Shown here one piece after another: positions 55,391-64,000 of a DNA stretch of 64,000 nt. Where the stretch lies: the NCBI RefSeq assembly GCF_009914755.1, contig NC_060927.1. One strand, given 5' to 3'. Below the pieces are notes generated by a model. It was not told the DNA's origin, made no database searches, and worked only from the letters and a program-made list of their open reading frames with translations. The position numbers and the translations under genes were made by a program. The DNA comes from the human T2T-CHM13v2.0 reference genome, Homo sapiens. Position 1 is the stretch's first letter. Each line of letters starts with the position of its first letter.

Positions 55391-56819
55391 GGCAGATTTA
55401 AATTACTTTTTAAGGCAGAAAAATACATTTATCTTAGCTACCTGCCTCAATTCATTCAAGAATGCATCTGAAATGATTTCTTTATATGAATTGGGAGTTC
55501 AGATTAGTAAAAGTTCCACAAGTGACTTTCTTGTTGAGAAAAGTAAATCTCAGACAAATAGAACAAATCTTATGATGTAATTACAGGATCTTACAGACCT
55601 GCAACTACAATTTTCACTAACAAAATCAGGGCAAATGGAGGACTCAGTGATAAATTCATAATAAACCTAGTATCTCTTCGTAAATTTTAAAGAAAATTAT
55701 TAACATTAGAAACAATAATATTAGAACATTTATTATGTTGGTAGTTCTTTGCATTTATTATCTAATTAATCCTTGCAAAAACCTTATAAGACCGTGCTGT
55801 CATTTTCCCTGATGTTTCCATGAAGAAACTAAAGTGAGGTTAAGAAATTAGTTCAAGCTATACAGCTAGAAAGTAATGAATCTCAAATGCAAACCTAGGT
55901 AGTTTTTTCTTAACCTCAATTATTTTATCCATTTTATGTCATCTGAGCCACTTTACTTCTGAGAATGTGGAAAGTGCAAACACCAATTACCCAAGAAAAT
56001 ATTCTAAAAAGAATGATTCAAAGATGGAACTGAATAAATAAAAGAATGCCAAAGACATAAAATGCCATATGCATTTACACTTACATGAACTGAAACAGGG
56101 ACCCAATGCATCTTGCTAGCAGACTGAAACTAAGTGTATGACTTAAAACATTTCATAAATGTTTCATTGGACTTTTTTATGCCATGTAAAATTTTCTTCC
56201 TACTGTGTAAAATGCTGGGAGTCTATGCCAATACAGCCTGAAAATAGAGTCATTGGAGGCTTTACAGCAAATCCCTCCAGTGGTGGTGACTGGCACTTAG
56301 CCTGCCTCTAGATGCATCCTTTATGTGTGATCACTAAAGATGAGAAAGGTAATGGAAGAAGCAGTTATCAGACCAAACGCTAATCTGAAACCAGCTAAGA
56401 ATAAAAAGTTATCTTTAGTTATCTATGTTAACCAGAGTGTTCCCTAATTTAGATTAGATAGTGCTTTACAAAATGTGCTGGGAGAAAGGGAGAGATAATG
56501 GCAAAGTTATAAACCTCTAAATTGTCGTAAGATTGTTTTACGTTTAAGAACATATGAATTTACTAACTTGATAATAGAGTTGTTGTGAGGCCTTAAGATT
56601 GTCACTTAATATGATTACTCCAATCATTTTTCAGTTTTCCATATATAAAAAAAGCCAAAATTCCTTCCACCGTGTTGACTCCTTCATTTATCTCTTAACC
56701 ATTAAGCAGGGAAAATCTTGAACCCATGGAACAGCTATGAACTGCTAGGTAATTTGAATGTGTTATGTGTAGAATTTAGTGATTTTTTCTATTATCTCTT
56801 TTTCTATAATCTCCCATAC

Positions 56820-57169
<350 letters not shown>

Positions 57170-57386
57170 TAGATCTGAAGACACTAACTTCTTTAAAATC
57201 ATTCTTTTTTATGTATTTATGAGATCATGTTCAGTCTCTTTAGAGGAATGGTAAATCATGTAAGATCTGAAATCAGAGACAGTATGTTTGAATCACAACT
57301 CCACACTCACCAACTGGGTAGCTTTGTGCAAATCAACCTGTTTAAGCCTCAGTATCTATATCTGAAAAATGGGGTCCTAATACTAC

Positions 57387-58668
57387 TGAGCGTGCTGGCA
57401 GCCCTTGCTCACTCTTGGCACCTCCTCAGCCTCGGTGTCCACTCTGGCCGCACCTGAGGAGCCCTTCAGCCCGCGGCTGCACTGCGGGAGCCCCTTTCTG
57501 GGCTGGCCGAGGCCGGACCTGACTCCCTCCGCTTGCCGGGAGATGTGGAGGGAGAGGTGCAGGCGGGAACCGGCGCTGCACGCAGCACTCGCGGGCCAAC
57601 ACGAGTTCCAGGTGGGCGCAGGCTCGGTGTGCCCCGCATTCAGAGTGGCCAGCTGGTGCTGCTGGCCCTGGGCAGTGAGGGGCTTACCACCCGGGCCAGC
57701 AGCTGCGGAGGGTGCGCTGGGTCCCCCAGCACTGCCGGCCCACCTTCACCATGCTCGAAATCTCCCCGGGCCTCAGCTGCTGCCTCGCGGGGCAGGACTC
57801 GGGACCTGCAGCCCGCCATGCTGGACAACCTTCCCTCTGCCACTGTGGGCTTGCGTGCGGCCTGAGCCTCTCCGACGGGTGCCACCCCCTGCTCCCCCGC
57901 GCCCGCTCCCATGGACCATCCAAGGGCTGAGGAGTGCAGGTATGCCCTGTGGGACTGGCAGCAGCTCCACCCACGGCCCTGGCACAGGATCCACCAGGTG
58001 AAGCCAGCTGGGCTCCTGAGTCAGGCGGGGTCTTGGAAAACTTTTATGTCTAGCTGGAGGATTATATATGCACCAGTCAGCACTCTGTGTCTAGCTCAAG
58101 GTTTGTAAACGTACCAATCAGCACCCTGTCAAAACGGACCAATCAGCTCTCTGTAAAATGGACCAATCAGCTCTCTGTAAAATGGACCAATCAGCAGGAT
58201 GTGAGTGGGGCCAGATAAGGGAATAAAAGCAGGCTGTGGGAGCCAGCACGGGTAACCTGCCCGGGTAGTCTACACGCTGTGGAAGCTTTGTTCTTTTCCT
58301 CTTCACAATAAATCTTGCTGCTGCTCACTCTTTGGGTCCCTGTCGCCTTTAAGAGCTGTAACATGAACTGCAAAGTTCTGCAGCTTCACTCCTGAAGCCA
58401 AGAAGACCACGAACCCACTGGGAGAAAGGAACAACTCTGGACGCACCACCTTTATGAGCTGTAACACTCATTGTGAAGGTCTGCAGCTTTACTCTTGAGG
58501 CCAACGAGACCACAAACCCACCAGAAGGAATAAACTCCAGACACATCTGAATATCCGAAGGGCCAAACTCTGGACGCGCCATCTTTCAGCACTGTAACAC
58601 TCACCGTGAGGGTCCGCAGCTTCGTTCCTGAAAACAGCGAGACCAAGAACCCACCAATTCCGGACGCA
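57387..58668 (+). mobile_element. LTR12 (ERV9/HERV9) solo LTR, LTR12D/E-like, inserted into a MIR
   Basis: GC/CpG-rich U3, GGACCAATCAGC repeats, U5 tandem repeats, ends CCACCAATTCCGGACGCA; exact TSD CTAC; MIR halves at ~57240-57386 and ~58669-58770. Confidence 0.95.
58114..58230 (+). promoter_or_regulatory. LTR12 promoter: four CCAAT boxes, GATA site, TATA-like AATAAAA
   Basis: CCAAT at 58114, 58139, 58163, 58187; AGATAA 58213; AATAAAA 58222. Confidence 0.75.
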
Positions 58669-59299
58669 CTACCTACTGCATATGGTTGTGTTTATAATCA
58701 ATAGGGTAACAATATGCTCACTTCTTAGCTTAAGTACTTGTGTAGTCAATACTCAAGTTAGTGGCAGTAGTTTTTCATTATTGTCATTGATATTACACAT
58801 TATTCACCATGTGGCCTCATCACGTCTTTACAACTAAACTTTTTTTATTATTCATCTTCATCTGCAATTTCAAGACAAGCCATCCAGTTTCATTGTTTTT
58901 GGTTTTGTATGCTACGTTTGCCTAAAACTTTCTTCCTCACACCTTTCATACCATTACATGTGTTTACACAGTGAACTCCTGACGCATCTTTTAAGATCCA
59001 ATTCAATTATTACATCCTCTGGGAAAACTTGAGGAAGTCGAGTTCCTGGCTCCTTGAGTTGTGCTAGTACAGAACTTGGAAGTATTTCTCTCCTAGCACA
59101 TCTCTTGCAGAATCATAAGACATTTTGTGGGAGTCTGTCCCTTCCAATATTGAAGAATCTGTCCCTCTTGCTAAACTAAAGCAAGTAATTAGTCATATTT
59201 ATCTTTTCTAATACCTGGAACATTTCCTAGAACATTTGGATCTTAAGTGAACATTTAGTGAATGAAAATAAATTCACTAATTTGTGTTATGTCAAAGTC

Positions 59300-60790
59300 C
59301 ATTTTGGTACTAGCTTTGACTCCAATAATGGCGGAGTGGTTTCTATCAGACTAATTCTCCCAGTAAGAACAACTATAAACATTGAACCAAACATTTTTAA
59401 AAAACACCAACCAAGTGAAGGCATTAGTAAATGCCCAAAGGCAGGCTAGAATTGGAGGCAATTTAATCTAGAAAGAAATTACACTGGGAGAACATCTCTG
59501 TTTATGTGACTTGTTCCCTGGGGCATGTCTGTCTGTGTGGTATGGGGCAGTTTAAACGCAAGCAGAAAGCCAAGTCTTATTGGCTTGAAATCTTAGAGGA
59601 CAGCTTTAAGGGCTACTAGTGCAGCTGGAAATTGAAGGGAAAAATGCCATACAGGAGGTAAGAACAGAGGGGCAAGCCCTGAAATCTCAAACTTTGGCTA
59701 ACTTCTAAATTGTTATACAATAGGATAGACTATAACAACCCAGCAAAAAAGAACATCTGCAATCTGAGAAAGATGAGCAGATATTTCAGCTGACTTACAC
59801 AACAAGAGAACAAGGCTAACAGCAAACCCAAAACGATCATGCTAATAAAATCAATCTTCCACATGTTCAGCATGATCTACCTTTAATTTAACTGCCAACC
59901 AGACGAAAATTAACATTCTTTGGAGAAAGATAATAGAATTCACACTGTCTATAAAACATATAATCCACAATACTCAATATATAATAGAATATTACTAGAC
60001 ATGTAAAGAAACAGGAAAATGTGACCGATAGTTAAGGGAAGAAAATAATAATAATCAAAATAGACCCAAACTGAAAGCAAGCTGCAATATATTTTATTTG
60101 TAGGTAATTTTCTATTTTAAGCCAGGGAATAAATATTACCACAGGTACAAAGAGACACTATAATAATAAAGGGTCAACCTCATCGAGAAGACATAATAAT
60201 CCTAAATGGATATGCACCTAGTCACAGAGCTTTAAGATACCTACAACAAAAACTGACAGCCCTACAGGGAGAAATAAACATACCTATGCCATAAATGAGG
60301 TATTTTAACATTCCAAGTAATTGATAAAATACTATACAAAAATATCAGTAGGAATAAAGAAGATTTGATTAACACTATTAACTGTCTTTATCTAATTGAC
60401 ATTTAGAGACCATTACACCCAACAACCACAGGATACACATTCTTTCCATATGTTGATGGCACATTTGTCAAGATAGTTCATGTGCAGAACTATATGTCTT
60501 AATATATTTCAAAATAGTAAACCTTATAGAATATGTTATGTGATGGCAAGAGAACTCAGAAGTCAAGAACTAAAAGATACCTGGAAAACTTCTAAATATT
60601 TACAAATTAATCCACATACTATTAAATAACCAAAAATCAAGGAACAAATCACAACATAAATTAGAAAGTATTTTGAATGAAATACAATTAAAATGAAACG
60701 TATTGAACTACACAAAATGTAGCTAAAGCAGTAAAGAGATGGAAAATTATAGTTTTAAGTGTGAATATTAGAAAAAAGGAAGGTTTAAAC
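59300..60790 (+). mobile_element. Old L1M (5' region plus ORF2 endonuclease remnants)
   Basis: GAAGACATAATAATCCTAAATGGATATGCACC, CTAATTGACATTTAGAGAC...CCCAACAAC. Confidence 0.75.
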
Positions 60791-62399
60791 CAAAGTACAA
60801 TATTATAACCACTCTCTTCTAAACATGTTCAACTTGCTTCCTTCTGATTTCATTGTACTTTCTAGGATAAACTCTATCTCAATTGAACCTAGAATTCTAA
60901 GATTCCTAGTTTCTTCAACTCTGTTTTAAGGATAAACAACACTGAAATTGATACGAGAGGTTATAGGAACACACATCCACACCTATTGTTCTATTTTCCT
61001 TCATACCATTCATCCATAATATTACTTGTGTGTGTGTACATACACACACACAAATATACATATATATTTTTCAAGATAAGGAATAAGCTGTTTTTACCAT
61101 TGTGGTTAATATGAAAGTCCTTATGATGGTTAATGTTTCTTGCCTTATATTTGAATATTTTTATATCATTTGTAATTTGTAAGCTCTACTTTCTTCTATA
61201 TCTTGTGTAACTGGTCCAGGGAAAGACAGACTTTAGTATTTGGATCTTCCCTCAGTTGGGTAGTCTGTTATTACTTTCTTCTAAAAAAAAGTACCAGATA
61301 ATAAAAATATAATTATATATTTAGTCTCAGGTTTTTAGAGCATGTCGGACTCATGCTTTGCTGTATTCACAAATGCAGGCTGAATTCAATAAAAATCACA
61401 ATAGCGTAGCAAAGGAGTTGATAACGCAATTACCTAGCAGACAGGAGTCTCAAGATAGTGGGTGAAAATGTTCACTCATTTATTTCTGACATCTCCTTTT
61501 ACAAATAGCCAAAATCAATATTTTAGTAGCTTTAAATTTAGACAAATGTTTTCAAAGTAAATAAATTGAGCCATTTATGATGACAATTGTATATTTGTAA
61601 TAGGAAGCTCTATACTCATTCATGTCTGGGGACTCATGATATATCTATTATAAATCTATGAAACATGATTTTAAAGTTTTGAGTGAAATATTCTTATGAA
61701 TTTAGAGCTCTATAAATGTATTTTTCCTTTGTCACTCTATAGTTATGCTGTAAGAAAGATTCTAGTGTATAAAATTTTGCTTGAAAATTATTATCACAGA
61801 GCAAAAAAAATGTAATTTATTAATTTACCAGATATTTTCTTCATTTGGATATATAGGTTTTTTTGTTGTTGCTGTTAGTCAGGTAGCCTCTTAGTTAAAG
61901 GTAGTATTCAAATTATACAGGATTGCATGCTGTTTACTGTCTTATATGTGCATCTCTGGGCTGGTGCTTGATGAACACCACTGTTCTTTTGTAAAGAATT
62001 GACTAAATTTTTAAAATTTCATTGTAATTTTGATTAGATATCCACTCTCACTGACTAGTATCACCTGTTTTTCCAAGTCCTTAATACTTGTCTTCCAAAT
62101 TCAACTTCATCAATATCCACAAACTACTGGCCCAATTGTGCCCACTAACTCTTGCCCCCTCCATGCTCTTTCTTCATTCCTTACTCTAATACCAGCAGAG
62201 TCCATAATGATAATCACACTTTTGAATATAGCCTTCATCCCCTTTTTCCTCTGTCTCCTTTGAATATATTTGACAAAACATGACAACTCAAGTTAAACCC
62301 CAAATACAATCTAATCTATGCCTGGACTCCAATACATAAATACAAATGGAGAAAAAACAACCTTACTACCTGGATTCATGTTAAGTTTTTGACCATACA

Positions 62400-63971
<1,572 letters not shown>

Positions 63972-64000
63972 TGTATTAGGGTTCTCTAAAGGCACAGAAC
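63972..64000 (-). mobile_element. Edge of a probable MLT2 (ERVL) LTR, cut by the window end
   Basis: TGTATTAGGGTTCTCTAAAGGCACAGAAC; only 29 bp visible. Confidence 0.5.

Noticed and set aside
57405-58646. Cluster of overlapping ORFs on both strands
   Set aside because: GC-rich LTR12 sequence poor in stop codons
58330-58660. Regularly spaced repeats (GCTGTAACACTCA...GCAGCTTCACTCCTGA) superficially like an array with spacers
   Set aside because: Normal LTR12 U5 tandem repeats; eukaryotic DNA with no CRISPR context

Overview
This is primate (very likely human or great-ape) genomic DNA: AT-rich, CpG-depleted and repeat-dominated. It is intergenic or deep intronic; I cannot place it on a chromosome and recognise no protein-coding gene. 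The ORF track is largely explained by Alu, L1, LTR and simple-repeat translations. Main content: 13 Alus (S and Y subfamilies); a near-full-length old L1M carrying nested insertions, including a 5'-inverted L1PA and a tail-less Alu; a complete MST MaLR provirus; solo LTRs (THE1D x2, MLT1s, MER66-like, LTR47-like, LTR12); MER44/45/47/53/3 DNA transposons; a 36-bp palindromic AT-rich minisatellite; and a GGAA microsatellite. Beyond standard repeat annotation, three things stand out: (i) many local templated-copy scars (100-170 bp duplications a few kb apart, direct-plus-inverted insertions, iterated patchworks); (ii) a zero-length-exon-like YnCAG|GTGAGT motif resembling a recursive splice site; (iii) two same-strand CTCF-like motifs. 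I found no evidence of a new gene system. All family names come from recalled consensus sequences and need RepeatMasker/Dfam confirmation. Boundaries of old repeats are approximate.
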